A stretch of DNA of 64,000 nucleotides from Alphaproteobacteria bacterium (GCA_965214705.1 OZ243972.1:1376001-1440000), one strand, 5' to 3'; numbered from the stretch's first letter, positions 38,756 to 60,285 are shown. Notes: generated by a model from the letters alone, not told the origin. Numbers and translations are program-made.

Positions 38756-38846
38756 GAGTATTCGGCCGACACCGCAGCAGCGGTGCGCGGCTTGTGACGT
38801 CCTTTTAACTGCCGCGAAGACGCGGCAGACGGGGAATAGAGCACCG

Positions 38847-40037
<1,191 letters not shown>

Positions 40038-40071
40038 AGCGCGGCCTCCCGCCGCGGCACACAGACAGAAT

Positions 40072-40147
40072 AGGAGTGTAGCTCAATTGGTAGAGCGCCG
40101 GTCTCCAAAACCGGAGGTTGGGGGTTCGAGACCCTCCACTCCTGCCA
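40072..40147 (+). tRNA. tRNA-Trp(CCA)
   Basis: AGGAGTG...CTCCAAA...GTTCGAGA...CCA; canonical position before secE. Confidence 0.95.
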
Positions 40148-40175
40148 CCTGCGCGGGTAGGGGCGCGTGCTGACC

Positions 40176-40373
40176 ATGGCTCGCACGCCGCCTCTCGAGT
40201 TTCTGCGCCAGGCACGCCAGGAGATCGGCAAGGTCACGTGGCCCACGCGCAAGGAGACGACCATCAGCACCATCATGGTGCTGATCATGGTGATCATCAT
40301 GGCGGTCTTTTTCTTCCTGGTGGATCAGGTGCTCTCCATCGGGGTGCGGGCGATCCTGGGGCTCGGCGGATGA
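40176..40373 (+). CDS. secE: Preprotein translocase SecE
   Basis: KVTWPTRKET plus one TM; synteny. Confidence 0.95.
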   Translation: MARTPPLEFLRQARQEIGKVTWPTRKETTISTIMVLIMVIIMAVFFFLVDQVLSIGVRAILGLGG

Positions 40374-40399
40374 CGGACATGTCAGCGGCAGGCACGCAC

Positions 40400-40948
40400 A
40401 TGGCAGACGATCAGGGTCCGGTGCGGCGCTGGTACATCGTCCACGTCTATTCCGGTTTCGAGAAGAAGGTGGCGCAGTCGATCCGCGAGCAGGCCAGGCA
40501 GCAGGGGCTCGATCACCTGATCGCCGACGTCATGGTGCCCTCGGAAGAGGTCGTCGAGATGCGGCGCGGCGCCAAGGTCAAGTCGGAGCGCAAGTTCTTC
40601 CCCGGCTACGTGCTGGCGCACATCAGCATGACCGACGAGACCTGGCACCTGATCAACAACACGCCGAAAGTGACCGGATTCCTCGGCAGTGGCGGCAAGC
40701 CGGTGCCGATCAGCGACGACGAGGCGGACCGCGTGCTGAAGCAGGTCAAGGAAGGTGTCGAGCGGCCGAAGCCCTCGGTCATCTTCGAGATCGGCGAGAC
40801 CGTGCGGGTCTGCGACGGTCCCTTCACTTCGTTCAGCGGGCTGGTGGAGGAGATCGACGAGGAGCGGGCGCGCCTCAAGGTCGCGGTATCGATCTTCGGC
40901 CGGGCGACCCCGGTCGAGCTGGAATACGCGCAGGTCGAGAAGGCCTGA
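40400..40948 (+). CDS. nusG: Transcription factor NusG
   Basis: WYIVHVYSGFE, FPGYVL, KOW GPF, IFGRATPVEL; start may be 40370 or 40379. Confidence 0.97.
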   Translation: MADDQGPVRRWYIVHVYSGFEKKVAQSIREQARQQGLDHLIADVMVPSEEVVEMRRGAKVKSERKFFPGYVLAHISMTDETWHLINNTPKVTGFLGSGGKPVPISDDEADRVLKQVKEGVERPKPSVIFEIGETVRVCDGPFTSFSGLVEEIDEERARLKVAVSIFGRATPVELEYAQVEKA

Positions 40949-40966
40949 GGGTAGGGCGGGAGAAAC

Positions 40967-41398
40967 ATGGCCAAGAGAGTCACGGGGACGATCAAGCTGC
41001 AGGTGCCGGCGGGGCAAGCCAACCCGTCGCCGCCGATCGGCCCGGCGCTGGGTCAGGCAGGACTCAACATCATGGAGTTCTGCAAGACCTTCAACGCGCA
41101 GACCCAGAACCTCGAGCAGGGAATGCCGATCCCGACCGTGATCTCGGTCTATCACGACCGGACCTTCTCGTTCGTGACCAAGAGCCCGCCGGCCAGCTTC
41201 TTCCTCAAGAAGGCGGCGGGCATCGAGAAGGGCTCCGATACGGTCGGCCGGATCGACCCGGTGGGCCAGGTGACGCGCGCGCAGGTGCGCGAGATCGCGG
41301 AGAAGAAGATGGCGGACCTCAACGCTGACGACATGGATGCGGCCTGCCGCATCATCGAAGGGTCGGCGCGTTCCATCGGCATCCAGGTGGTGGGTTAG
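40967..41398 (+). CDS. rplK: 50S ribosomal protein L11
   Basis: [22 protein letters not shown]. Confidence 0.98.
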   Translation: MAKRVTGTIKLQVPAGQANPSPPIGPALGQAGLNIMEFCKTFNAQTQNLEQGMPIPTVISVYHDRTFSFVTKSPPASFFLKKAAGIEKGSDTVGRIDPVGQVTRAQVREIAEKKMADLNADDMDAACRIIEGSARSIGIQVVG

Positions 41399-41403
41399 CG
41401 GCG

Positions 41404-42114
41404 ATGGCAAAGATCGGAAAGAGGCTGCGGCAGGCCAAGGAGCAGGTCGACCGCGAGAGGACCTATGCGCTCGGCGAGGCGATCACGCTGGTGAAGCAGA
41501 GCGCGAAGGCGAAGTTCGACGAGACCGTCGAAATGAGCGTCGGCCTCGGCGTCGATCCGCGCCATGCGGACCAGATGGTGCGGGGCGTCGTGGCGCTGCC
41601 TCACGGCACCGGAAAGTCGGTGCGCGTCGCGGTCTTCGCCAAGGGCGACAAGGCCGATGCCGCGCGCGAGGCGGGTGCCGACTTGGTCGGCGACGACGAC
41701 CTCGCGGCCGAGGTCCAAGGCGGCAAAATTGAATTCGACCGCTGCATCGCGACGCCCGACATGATGCCGGTTGTCGGCAAGCTCGGCCGCATTCTGGGCC
41801 CGCGCGGGCTCATGCCAAATCCGAAGCTCGGCACGGTGACGCCCGATGTGACCGAGGCCGTCCAGGCGGCCAAGGGCGGTCAGGTGGAGTTCCGGGTCGA
41901 GAAGGCCGGCATCGTCCACGCCGGCATCGGCAAGGCGAGCTTCGAGGAGAAGGCGCTGGCCGAGAATGCCCGCGCGCTGGTGGACGCGCTCAACCGCGCG
42001 AAGCCGAGCGGCGCCAAGGGAACCTACATGAAACGGGCGGCGCTCAGCTCCTCGCAGGGGCCGGGTGTGAAGCTCGACGTTGCCGCCCTGCAGGCGGAGA
42101 TAGCGGCATCGTGA
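41404..42114 (+). CDS. rplA: 50S ribosomal protein L1
   Basis: [18 protein letters not shown]. Confidence 0.98.
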   Translation: MAKIGKRLRQAKEQVDRERTYALGEAITLVKQSAKAKFDETVEMSVGLGVDPRHADQMVRGVVALPHGTGKSVRVAVFAKGDKADAAREAGADLVGDDDLAAEVQGGKIEFDRCIATPDMMPVVGKLGRILGPRGLMPNPKLGTVTPDVTEAVQAAKGGQVEFRVEKAGIVHAGIGKASFEEKALAENARALVDALNRAKPSGAKGTYMKRAALSSSQGPGVKLDVAALQAEIAAS

Positions 42115-42174
42115 CGGGCGGCGTGAGCGGCGCGCGTCTGCGCCTTGTGTCTGCCGGATAAGCCGGAGGAAGTC

Positions 42175-42717
42175 GTGGAACGGCTCAAGAAGGAAGAGAT
42201 CGTCGAAGCCCTGCGCGGCATCTTCGAGAGCACGAATCTCGTCGTCGTGACGCAGTTCAGCGGGCTCTCGGTGGCGGAGGCTTCCGACCTGCGCCGCCAG
42301 ATGCGCGCGGCCGGCGCCACCTTCCGCGTTACCAAGAACCGGCTCGCGAAGCGCGCGATCGAAGGCACGACCTTCGCCCCACTCGCGGACCTCTTCACGG
42401 GCTCCAGCGCGATCGCCTATTCGGACGATCCGGTGGCCGCGGCGAAGGTCGCGGTGGCCTACGCCAGGGAGAACGACAAGCTGATCATCGTGGGCGGCGC
42501 CCTCGGCGGCGCTGCCCTCGATAAGGGCGATGTGCGCTCGCTCGCCGAGCTGCCCTCGCTCGATACCCTGCGCGCCCAGCTGATCGGCGTCCTGAATGCA
42601 CCGGCGACCAAGATCGCCGCCGTGCTGAGCGCGCCGGCAGGCCAGCTCGCGCGCGTCCTCAACGCCTATTCGGAACAAGGAGACACCGCTAGCAAGAGCG
42701 AACCATCCGGCGACTAA
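42175..42717 (+). CDS. rplJ: 50S ribosomal protein L10
   Basis: GTG start with GGAGG RBS; KNRLAKRA, LPSLDTLRAQL. Confidence 0.95.
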   Translation: MERLKKEEIVEALRGIFESTNLVVVTQFSGLSVAEASDLRRQMRAAGATFRVTKNRLAKRAIEGTTFAPLADLFTGSSAIAYSDDPVAAAKVAVAYARENDKLIIVGGALGGAALDKGDVRSLAELPSLDTLRAQLIGVLNAPATKIAAVLSAPAGQLARVLNAYSEQGDTASKSEPSGD

Positions 42718-42765
42718 TCGCCAACGCATACCAAGAAAAGCCCAAGCCCCCAGGAGACCAACGAC

Positions 42766-43143
42766 ATGGCTGATCTGGCCAAAATTGCAGACGAGCTTTC
42801 GACCCTGACGGTGATCGAGGCCTCCGAGTTGAGCAAGATGCTCGAAGAGAGGTGGGGGGTCTCCGCGGCCGCCCCCGTTGCCGTCGCCGCCGCCCCCGGT
42901 GCCGCGCCAGCGGCCGAGGAGGCCGAAGAGCAGACCGAATTCACCGTGGTGCTTACCTCCTTTGGCGAGAAGAAGATCAACGTGATCAAGGAGGTCCGCG
43001 CGATCACCAGCCTCGGCCTCAAGGAGGCCAAGGCGCTGGTCGAGGGCGTACCGAACGCGGTCAAGGAAGACGTGTCGAAGGACGACGCGGCAAAGATAAA
43101 GGAGCAGCTCGAAGCTGCAGGCGCGACCGTCGAGGTCAAGTAG
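42766..43143 (+). CDS. rplL: 50S ribosomal protein L7/L12
   Basis: [23 protein letters not shown]. Confidence 0.98.
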   Translation: MADLAKIADELSTLTVIEASELSKMLEERWGVSAAAPVAVAAAPGAAPAAEEAEEQTEFTVVLTSFGEKKINVIKEVRAITSLGLKEAKALVEGVPNAVKEDVSKDDAAKIKEQLEAAGATVEVK

Positions 43144-43341
43144 AGACGATTGGCTATCGCCGGCGCACGCCCGGTCACGTGCCGGGTAGCACCGGCCCCG
43201 CCGTCGCGCCGTGGCGCGGGCGGGCACAATCACGCGCGGCCGTTGCTGCGCGGCGTGTGCCGCCGCACCGCACGTAAAGACTAACCCACGGCCCGCCGCG
43301 GCGCCTGAGCCGCGGCCGGGGCCGAGAGTCCGAGGGGTACC

Positions 43342-51954
<8,613 letters not shown>

Positions 51955-51983
51955 GCGCGCAAGCGCATAGGGGAAAACGCAGA

Positions 51984-52412
51984 ATGGCCGTGCGGGGCCG
52001 CCGCCTCTTCGCTGCGGCGACTCTCGCGGCCTTCGCGTTCGTCGCCGCGCCCACATTCGGGGCCAACGCAGCGGCCTGCCCGTCCGGCACCGAGCTATTC
52101 GCCGAATACAGGCTCTTCTTCGGGCGCAGCCAGGGCGAGGTTGAGGTGGTGAGCGACGAGGCTTGGCGCGCCTTCCTCGCCGAGGAGGTGACGCCGCGCT
52201 TTCCGGACGGCCTTACCGTGCTTGATGCTGCGGGGCAGTGGCGCGAGAGCTCGGGCACCATCGTGCGAGAGCGCACCAAGCTCTTGCTCGTGTTCGCTCC
52301 GCCGGGGAAGGACGCCATGCAGCGCACGGATGAAATCGCGGACGCTTACAGGCGTGCCTTCGGCCAATCCAGCGTGCTCCGCGTGGTGACCGAGGCCTGC
52401 GTATCGTTCTAA
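51984..52412 (+). CDS. DUF3574-like exported protein
   Basis: Signal peptide; LFFG...W..FL..EVTPRFPDGLTV.DA.GQW...FGQSSVLRV. Confidence 0.85.
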   Translation: MAVRGRRLFAAATLAAFAFVAAPTFGANAAACPSGTELFAEYRLFFGRSQGEVEVVSDEAWRAFLAEEVTPRFPDGLTVLDAAGQWRESSGTIVRERTKLLLVFAPPGKDAMQRTDEIADAYRRAFGQSSVLRVVTEACVSF

Positions 52413-52434
52413 CCGAGCCGGCAAGTACCGCGGG

Positions 52435-53103
52435 CTATTCTTCTGCGTCCCCGATAGGCGCCTCGACACGTGCCCGGATGTCGCGCAACAGACCGTCGAT
52501 GCCCTTGCGGTTGATGACCGAACTGAACTCAACCCGGTGGGTGAGCAGCATGCTGATGCCCTCGACGTAGAGGTCCACGACCTTGTGGGTCCCGTCCCTC
52601 GTGCGTACGCGGAAATCGAGTTCCACAGGATCGGCGCCGGAGGGCCGGGCGACCCGCGCGCGGACGATCGTGTCGCCGCTCTCGTCTGCGATGGCGGAGC
52701 GCACCGTGAACTGCTCGCCCCCGTAGGAATAGGAATCGAACCGGCTCGCGTACACGCGTGCGAGGAAGTCGAGAAAGATCGCCGAGAATTCCGCTCGCTG
52801 CTCATCGGTTGCCGACTTCCAGTGCCTCCCGATCACGAAGCGGGTGACGAGCGGAACGTCGAAGCCCCGGACCATCACGTCACGGAACGCGGCCTCGCGC
52901 TCCGCAAACGTGCTGTTGTCCTTGTTCCCGAGGATGGCCACGACGTCGTCGCCGACACCTTGGACGAACGCGATCGCCGGGTCGTCGGATGCGGCCACTC
53001 GCTGTCCCCCGACTGCAACCACGAGGGCGGCAATCAAGGCGGTGGCCATCAGGATGCGTCGAGACAGGCCACTGTGTCTCTTCGGGTCCGATGTCGTCAA
53101 CAT
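52435..53103 (-). CDS. MlaC/Ttg2D phospholipid-binding protein
   Basis: Signal peptide; FD...RFVIGRHW, VVDLYVEGISM...R.EF. Confidence 0.85.
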   Translation of the reverse strand: MLTTSDPKRHSGLSRRILMATALIAALVVAVGGQRVAASDDPAIAFVQGVGDDVVAILGNKDNSTFAEREAAFRDVMVRGFDVPLVTRFVIGRHWKSATDEQRAEFSAIFLDFLARVYASRFDSYSYGGEQFTVRSAIADESGDTIVRARVARPSGADPVELDFRVRTRDGTHKVVDLYVEGISMLLTHRVEFSSVINRKGIDGLLRDIRARVEAPIGDAEE

Positions 53104-53333
53104 TGTTGGCGTCCAATCCCGATAAACGTGTGGAGAGTGCCAAAGCCTCGTAGATATCACAAAGACGGTCTCAAGGAGGACCCGACCGCATCCGGCAAGG
53201 CAGTCAGGATTGCTGCTGTCCAACGAAGACGCGACAGACCTCTCCGGCCGGTCGGCGTTCTCGTGTTAATTCCAGTTTCTGCACTGCCAACCGAGCATTT
53301 TGGATCGACAAGTCCGGTCGGTTTGGGCTGCAG

Positions 53334-54419
53334 CTAATTGCGGCCATGTTGGTCGTCGGGTGGATAGAACTGTCTGCAATAGCGCCGATATCTGCCGATG
53401 GGGCCGTCGGAGCGGCACAAGCGGGGATGAGACCGGTAGCTCTTTCGGCTCCAAATCTCGACATCCTGGAGAACATCATGCTCCTGCACAGAAATCAGGA
53501 TCTTGTTCATGATCCTGGTGCGCAGCTTCACAGGCAAGAATCCGAGGCCAGAAATCAGGCGCTTGGGCTTTCGTATTTCCCGGGTCTGTCCGACCAGAAC
53601 CAGATCAATCAACGTGCCGTCAATCGGCGTCGCTAAAACCCACAGGCGAGTGTCTATGCCGATGGTGCGCTCGTGGATATCGACAAACGAATAACCCAGC
53701 CCATGAACGTAGGCGGTGGCGGAAACGTCGTAAGTGAGGTCGGCGACGCCGGCGATGCGCTGGCGACGCTTGAAGTCGAAACGACTCACGAGGCACGAGC
53801 CGTCCACCGTCGCCGTTCCGACGGCTTTCACGTTGTCGTAGCCATGCACATAACGCAAGTGACCCAAGTCTACTGAGTTTTCCGACGTCTCCTGCGGGTG
53901 ACCGGGAAATCGGAGAGTCCGGATTTCCAGGTTGCTCCACTTACCTGCAGTCGATGGCTCTTCAGGAAGGCTCCATTGCGGCGGGCGTCTATCGATACCC
54001 CACCATGCAAAGACGAGGCCAAGAATTTCCCGCGTGTGGAAGACGTTCAGCCTCACGGATTTGGGGGACTCAGCAAAAGGCGTTGCAACGCAGGTGCCGG
54101 CGACATCGTAGGTGAAGCCGTGAAAGGGACAGACCAGATGGCCGTCGCGCACGCGTCCGCCCGCTTCAGGACCCAAGGAGGAGCCCAGGTGAGGGCACAC
54201 CGACTCGGCAACGCAAGTGGTCCCCTCATCGTTGGACCAAGCAACAATATTCGTTCCGAGCCACTGCCTTTGGATTAATGTCTGCTTCAATATCGAGCGG
54301 CGGTCCGCAACGAAATACCATCCCTCCGGAAACGGGTGGAGAGAGAGAACATCGCGGCCCACGCCGAAAAGGTCTTCCACGTTTTGTGGAGTTTTCTGTC
54401 TAGGCAGAGGCTGCTGCAT
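53334..54419 (-). CDS. Rieske non-heme iron oxygenase (KshA/sterol-desaturase-like)
   Basis: CPHLG...CPFHG Rieske motif; ENSVDLGHLRYVH; DVEIWSRKSY. Confidence 0.85.
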   Translation of the reverse strand: MQQPLPRQKTPQNVEDLFGVGRDVLSLHPFPEGWYFVADRRSILKQTLIQRQWLGTNIVAWSNDEGTTCVAESVCPHLGSSLGPEAGGRVRDGHLVCPFHGFTYDVAGTCVATPFAESPKSVRLNVFHTREILGLVFAWWGIDRRPPQWSLPEEPSTAGKWSNLEIRTLRFPGHPQETSENSVDLGHLRYVHGYDNVKAVGTATVDGSCLVSRFDFKRRQRIAGVADLTYDVSATAYVHGLGYSFVDIHERTIGIDTRLWVLATPIDGTLIDLVLVGQTREIRKPKRLISGLGFLPVKLRTRIMNKILISVQEHDVLQDVEIWSRKSYRSHPRLCRSDGPIGRYRRYCRQFYPPDDQHGRN

Positions 54420-54613
54420 AGCAAAGTCAGTCAATCAAGAGCGCACGGCGTGCTATGTTCTTGGAGGTACAATACCCCTATCCGCGTCGCGCCCAATCAT
54501 CGTGAGTGCGCAGCACGCTGTTATCGACAGCGAGCGTCTCGCTCGGTCCATACCATAAACCATTCCTAAGTTAAGGCCATTCTCCAGGGCACCCGAGCGG
54601 TGAGAGTTGCGGG

Positions 54614-55132
54614 CTAGTAATCGGCGCGGTCGTCCACCGCGTGGCCGCGCTTCGGCACCAGCACCGTGCGCTCGTAAGTCATGAAGACGGTGCCGTCTGA
54701 CTTCTTGCCCGTCGTCTTGACCGTGACGATGCCCTGGGTGGGTCGGGAGCGCGACTCCCGCGTCTCCAGCACCTCCGATTCGGCATAGATGGTATCGCCG
54801 GCATAGACGGGCGCGGTGAGCTTGATGTCGTTCCAGCCGAGGTTGGCGATCGCCTTCTGACTGATGTCGCTCACCGACATGCCGGCGACGATCGCCAGCG
54901 TGAGCGCGCTGTTGACCAGCGGCTTGCCGAACTCGCTGTGCGAGGCGTAGTGGCTGTCGAAGTGAATCGGGTGGGTGTTCATGGTGAGCAGGGTGAAGGA
55001 GATGTTGTCGTACTCGGTGAGCGTCCGGCCCGGCCGGTGCTCGTAGACGTCGCCCACCACGAAGTCCTCGAAGTAGCGCCCGTAGGCTTCGCGATAGCGC
55101 TGCTCGGCCACCTCTTTACGCTCCACGGCCAT
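54614..55132 (-). CDS. MaoC-family dehydratase
   Basis: GRYFEDF.VG, MNTHPIHFD, PVYAGDTI. Confidence 0.9.
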   Translation of the reverse strand: MAVERKEVAEQRYREAYGRYFEDFVVGDVYEHRPGRTLTEYDNISFTLLTMNTHPIHFDSHYASHSEFGKPLVNSALTLAIVAGMSVSDISQKAIANLGWNDIKLTAPVYAGDTIYAESEVLETRESRSRPTQGIVTVKTTGKKSDGTVFMTYERTVLVPKRGHAVDDRADY

Positions 55133-55306
55133 GGTTCGATATCTCCTGTATTGCCGCCCATTTGCCGCCGGCGCGGCGGCCGCGACCTTAGGGACTCGCC
55201 CCAACGCGGTCAACGTGGGCAGGGCGCTTGCCGCCCGGACGCCATTGACTATAGTCATGGCGCGTTTGGCGGCGGTGTACGCCGTTCACGACGAGGGAGA
55301 TGGAGA

Positions 55307-56950
55307 ATGAAGGCGTTGAGAGCCGGTTTGATCTCGGCAGGCGTGGCATTGGCCGCGCTGACCGCAGCAGATGCGTTGGCGCAAGACGGGCACGTCACAT
55401 GGCATGACGATGGGTCTGTCGACCTCATCATGGAGGATGGCGCCGTTATCAAGACCTCGCGGGATGAGCTGGGCTCCCTGTTCGGGCCTGGTGAGAAACC
55501 TTTCGAAGGCACCACGATCACGGTGCTGACCCTTGATTCGGGGCCGCGCGGCGGCATCTCGGGGCCCATTTTCAGCTTCCGGCCCATCTGGGAAGAGCTT
55601 TCCGGCGGCAAGCTGGAGATCGCGTTGACTCCGATCACCGACCTCTACGCGAAGATGATGCTCGACCTGCGCCAGGGCACGGGCCTCTATGACGGAATCA
55701 TCGTCGGCGCCTTCTTCTATGGCGATCTGGTGGCCGGCGACTACATGCTCCCGATTGAGGAATTCATGGAGAGCGGCGAGCATCCGCAGTGGACCTACGA
55801 TTCCATGCCGGACTCGCTGAAGACCCTGCACACCTGGGGGGACACCGGCTACGGCGTGCTCAACGACGCCGACGGCCAGGTGCTCTACTACCGCCGCGAC
55901 GTGCTCAACGACCCCGAGCATCAGGCGGCATTCAAGGCGGAGAAGGGCTACGACATGCCGGTTCCGCCCAAGACCTGGCAGCAGCTCCTCGACATCTCGC
56001 AGTATTTCGACGGCAAGAACTGGGATGCCAACGACGACGAGCCCGATAGCGGTACCGTGCTCCACCTCAAGGTGGGCGAGCAGGGGCACTATCACTTCCA
56101 GTCGCTGTCTGCGTCCTTCGCCATGACGCCAGGCGAGGCAGTCACCCAGTATCAAAACGTCTACTGGTTCGACCCCACCGACATGACCCCGCTGATCGAC
56201 AGCCCCGGTCACGTCGCGGCGCTCGAGTTCCTGCAAGAGCTGCACAAGACGGGGCCGGAGGCGCAGGTGGGCTGGAGCCTCGGCGAGGCGTGGGACTACT
56301 TCCTGCGCGGCAAGTCGGTGTTCGTGTTCAGCTGGGGCGATGTTGGCTCGCTTTGCCAGGATGAATCGCGGTCCAAGATCAAGGGGATCTGCGGTTCGGC
56401 ACTCATGCCCAGCTCGGACAAGTACTGGGATCATGAGAATGGCACCTGGGTCGAGACCGATGACCCGCAGCCTGTTGGCAACACCACCGGCGGCTCGTGG
56501 CACGGCGTGATCTCGGCGTTCTCCGAGAACCCGGATGCCGCCTACTCGTTCCTCTCGCTGATGGCGATCAAGCCGTCGTCGAACTGGGGCGCGTATCACG
56601 GCTGGACCGGTGTCGATCCGGGGTACTACTACCAGTTCCTGGAGCCGCTGGGCGAGGCGAAGATCGAGGACTACGTGGCCGCAGGCTGGCATCCCGACGA
56701 TGTCGCCGAGTACACGCAGGCCTACTACGACAACTTCACCGCGCCGACGATCCTCACCTATCTGAGGATCGAGGGTGCGCCCGAGTACTGGGACATCATG
56801 GACAAGAACCTGTCGGCGGCCATGAGCGACCAGAAGACGGCGGCCGAGGCTCTTTCCGATACCGCAGCGACCTGGGAAGAGATCACGGACCGTCTTGGCC
56901 GTGACAAGATTCTCAAGCAGTATCAGGAAGCGATCGGCTACGGCGGATAG
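55307..56950 (+). CDS. Sugar ABC transporter substrate-binding protein
   Basis: Signal peptide; LYYRRD, PPKTW motifs; operon context. Confidence 0.9.
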   Translation: MKALRAGLISAGVALAALTAADALAQDGHVTWHDDGSVDLIMEDGAVIKTSRDELGSLFGPGEKPFEGTTITVLTLDSGPRGGISGPIFSFRPIWEELSGGKLEIALTPITDLYAKMMLDLRQGTGLYDGIIVGAFFYGDLVAGDYMLPIEEFMESGEHPQWTYDSMPDSLKTLHTWGDTGYGVLNDADGQVLYYRRDVLNDPEHQAAFKAEKGYDMPVPPKTWQQLLDISQYFDGKNWDANDDEPDSGTVLHLKVGEQGHYHFQSLSASFAMTPGEAVTQYQNVYWFDPTDMTPLIDSPGHVAALEFLQELHKTGPEAQVGWSLGEAWDYFLRGKSVFVFSWGDVGSLCQDESRSKIKGICGSALMPSSDKYWDHENGTWVETDDPQPVGNTTGGSWHGVISAFSENPDAAYSFLSLMAIKPSSNWGAYHGWTGVDPGYYYQFLEPLGEAKIEDYVAAGWHPDDVAEYTQAYYDNFTAPTILTYLRIEGAPEYWDIMDKNLSAAMSDQKTAAEALSDTAATWEEITDRLGRDKILKQYQEAIGYGG

Positions 56951-57047
56951 ACCGAGGCCATCCGGTAGGGTTTGCGGGGCGGTGCGCGGCTTGCCGTGCC
57001 CGCCTCGGGCCCTGCCGACTGCCGATCACGAAAATAGCTAGCCGGCC

Positions 57048-58001
57048 ATGATCCGCTGGACCAAGCCGGTCAAGTTCGTCTTTTTGCTGCCGGCCGTCTT
57101 CTGGGTGCTGGCGTTCACCGTCTTTCCGCTCGGCTACTCGCTCTACATCAGCCTTCACGATGTCGATCGCAAGGTCGTCGTCACCGGGCGCGAGAAAGTG
57201 CCGGTGCTGAACGAGGCCGGCGAGCCCGTGCTCAAGAAGAGCGGGGAGCCGCGCACCAAGACGGTGGTGCATCGCGAGCTTCAGACCAATTTCACCTGGA
57301 ACGGCTTCGCCAGTTTCATCCGCGCCTTCGGCGACGAGGAGGTGGGCTCTGCGGTGAAGGTCACCGCGATCTTCGTGTTCACGGCGGTGACCGCCGAGAT
57401 TGTGCTGGGATTCCTGCTCGCCTTCCTCTTCCACCGATACATATTCGGGCGACCCGTGCTGCGAACGATCATGATATTGCCGATCTTCGCGACTCCGATC
57501 GCGGTCGGATACCTATTCTTTACAGTGTTTTACGAGATTGGCGGCCCGCTCGAATTCATGGGAATACCATGGTTATCCCAGCCCGATTGGGCTCTCGTAT
57601 CAGTGATAATCGTCGACATATGGCAATGGACACCCTTCTGTTTCCTTGTGTTCCTCGCCGCCTTGCAATCCATCCCTGACGACCTGGTGGAATGTGCGCG
57701 ATTAGACAGCGGCTCGGCATGGGATCTCTGGCGTATCGTCGTGATTCCGATGATGCAGCCGGTCATCATCATCGTGCTGCTGCTGCGCCTGGCGGAGGCG
57801 GTTAAGCTCTTCGACATCATCGCGACGCTCACCAAGGGCGGGCCCGGCATCGCCACCCAGTCGTACAGCTATCTGGCGTTCACCCGCGGCTTCAAGCTCA
57901 ACGACTTCGGCTACGCCTCGGCCATGGCCTACCTGCTGCTGATCGTGGTGATGATCGTGGTCACGCTCTTCTTCCGCCGCCTGAGGCAAACTTATGCTTA
58001 G
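57048..58001 (+). CDS. Sugar ABC transporter permease
   Basis: TM helices, DIWQWTPF, EAA-like ECARLDSG, TKGGPG. Confidence 0.92.
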   Translation: MIRWTKPVKFVFLLPAVFWVLAFTVFPLGYSLYISLHDVDRKVVVTGREKVPVLNEAGEPVLKKSGEPRTKTVVHRELQTNFTWNGFASFIRAFGDEEVGSAVKVTAIFVFTAVTAEIVLGFLLAFLFHRYIFGRPVLRTIMILPIFATPIAVGYLFFTVFYEIGGPLEFMGIPWLSQPDWALVSVIIVDIWQWTPFCFLVFLAALQSIPDDLVECARLDSGSAWDLWRIVVIPMMQPVIIIVLLLRLAEAVKLFDIIATLTKGGPGIATQSYSYLAFTRGFKLNDFGYASAMAYLLLIVVMIVVTLFFRRLRQTYA

Positions 58002-58902
58002 CGGGCTGGGCAAGTCGCTGTTCGGGCAGCCCGCCGGCGTCCCCCAGGCACGCGGCAAGCGCAAACGGCTGTGGTTCGCCGATGCCGGCTTCTCGATCAT
58101 TGCGATTTTCGTCGCGCTGATCTTCTTCTTCCCGATCTACTGGGCGGTCTCCAACAGCCTGCGCGCACCGGCGGACACCTTCACGGTGGCCGGCCTCGGC
58201 GTCCCGTTCATCGACTTCACGCCCACGCTCGAGAACTGGATCTCCCAGATCTCGACGCCGGAGGCCTACAACGCCTTCGGCAACAGCCTGATCATCTCCG
58301 TCTGCTCGGTGTTGATCGCGCTCGTCCTCGGCCTGCCCGCGGCCTATGCGCTGGCGCGCTTCCGCTTCAAGCGCATCAAGAACAAGGACCTCACGATCTG
58401 GTTCCTGTCGCAGCGGGTGCTGCCGCCGGTAGCGACGGCGGTGCCCTTCTTCATCGTCTTCTCCTCGCTCGACATGCTGGACACCCACGCCGCGCTGATC
58501 CTGGTCAACGCCACCTTCATCCTGCCCTTCGTGGTGGTGATCGTGCGTCAGACCTTCCAGGACCTGCCGATCGAGCTGGAGGAGGCGGCGCTGGTGGACG
58601 GCGGCTCGCACTTCGTCGCGTTCTTCCGGGTCGCAATCCCGCTCGCGCTGCCGGCGATTGCGGCGTCCGCGCTCATTATGTTCGCGTTCGCGTGGAACGA
58701 GTATCTCTTCGCGGTGATTCTCACCATCAAGGAATCGGCGACCATGCCGGTCCACATTGCGGGCGGCGTGGATTCGCGCGGCGTGCAGTTCTGGTTCGTG
58801 GCTGTGCGCTCGCTCATCGCCATGGTCCCGCCGGTGTTGATCGCGCTCTTCGCGCAGCGTTACATCGTGCGCGGGCTCACCCTCGGCGCGGTCAAGGGAT
58901 AA
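57994..58902 (+). CDS. Sugar ABC transporter permease
   Basis: EEAALVDGG, AWNEYLFA, GAVKG C-terminus. Confidence 0.93.
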   Translation: MLSGLGKSLFGQPAGVPQARGKRKRLWFADAGFSIIAIFVALIFFFPIYWAVSNSLRAPADTFTVAGLGVPFIDFTPTLENWISQISTPEAYNAFGNSLIISVCSVLIALVLGLPAAYALARFRFKRIKNKDLTIWFLSQRVLPPVATAVPFFIVFSSLDMLDTHAALILVNATFILPFVVVIVRQTFQDLPIELEEAALVDGGSHFVAFFRVAIPLALPAIAASALIMFAFAWNEYLFAVILTIKESATMPVHIAGGVDSRGVQFWFVAVRSLIAMVPPVLIALFAQRYIVRGLTLGAVKG

Positions 58903-58918
58903 GCGGAGAAGACAAGCC

Positions 58919-59995
<1,077 letters not shown>

Positions 59996-60013
59996 TAGCC
60001 GCCCGTGGCGGCC

Positions 60014-60285
60014 TTAACCCGCATTTCTCACCAAGGTCATGGTCTGCGCGGCGCTGTCCGGCCGACAGGGTAGGAGCGGCGCGCAGCGCGATGCGGGGAC
60101 ATCGGACAAGCGGCGTGACGCACGCTGTCGGCCGGAGAGAGCCGCCCTTCGGGTCGCGCCCAGGCGCCCGCCCGCGGCGTCGCGGGCCTCAACCGTATTC
60201 CCTGATACGCTTTTTGGCCCGCTCCTGGCGGATCTAACGCCTGGGCGCGACGCAGGCCGTGACCCTGGTGAGAAATGCGGGTTAA
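60014..60285. mobile_element. MITE-like non-autonomous element
   Basis: TIRs TTAACCCGCATTTCTCACCA(A)GGTCA / TGACC(C)TGGTGAGAAATGCGGGTTAA (25 of 26 match); no coding capacity. Confidence 0.8.
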
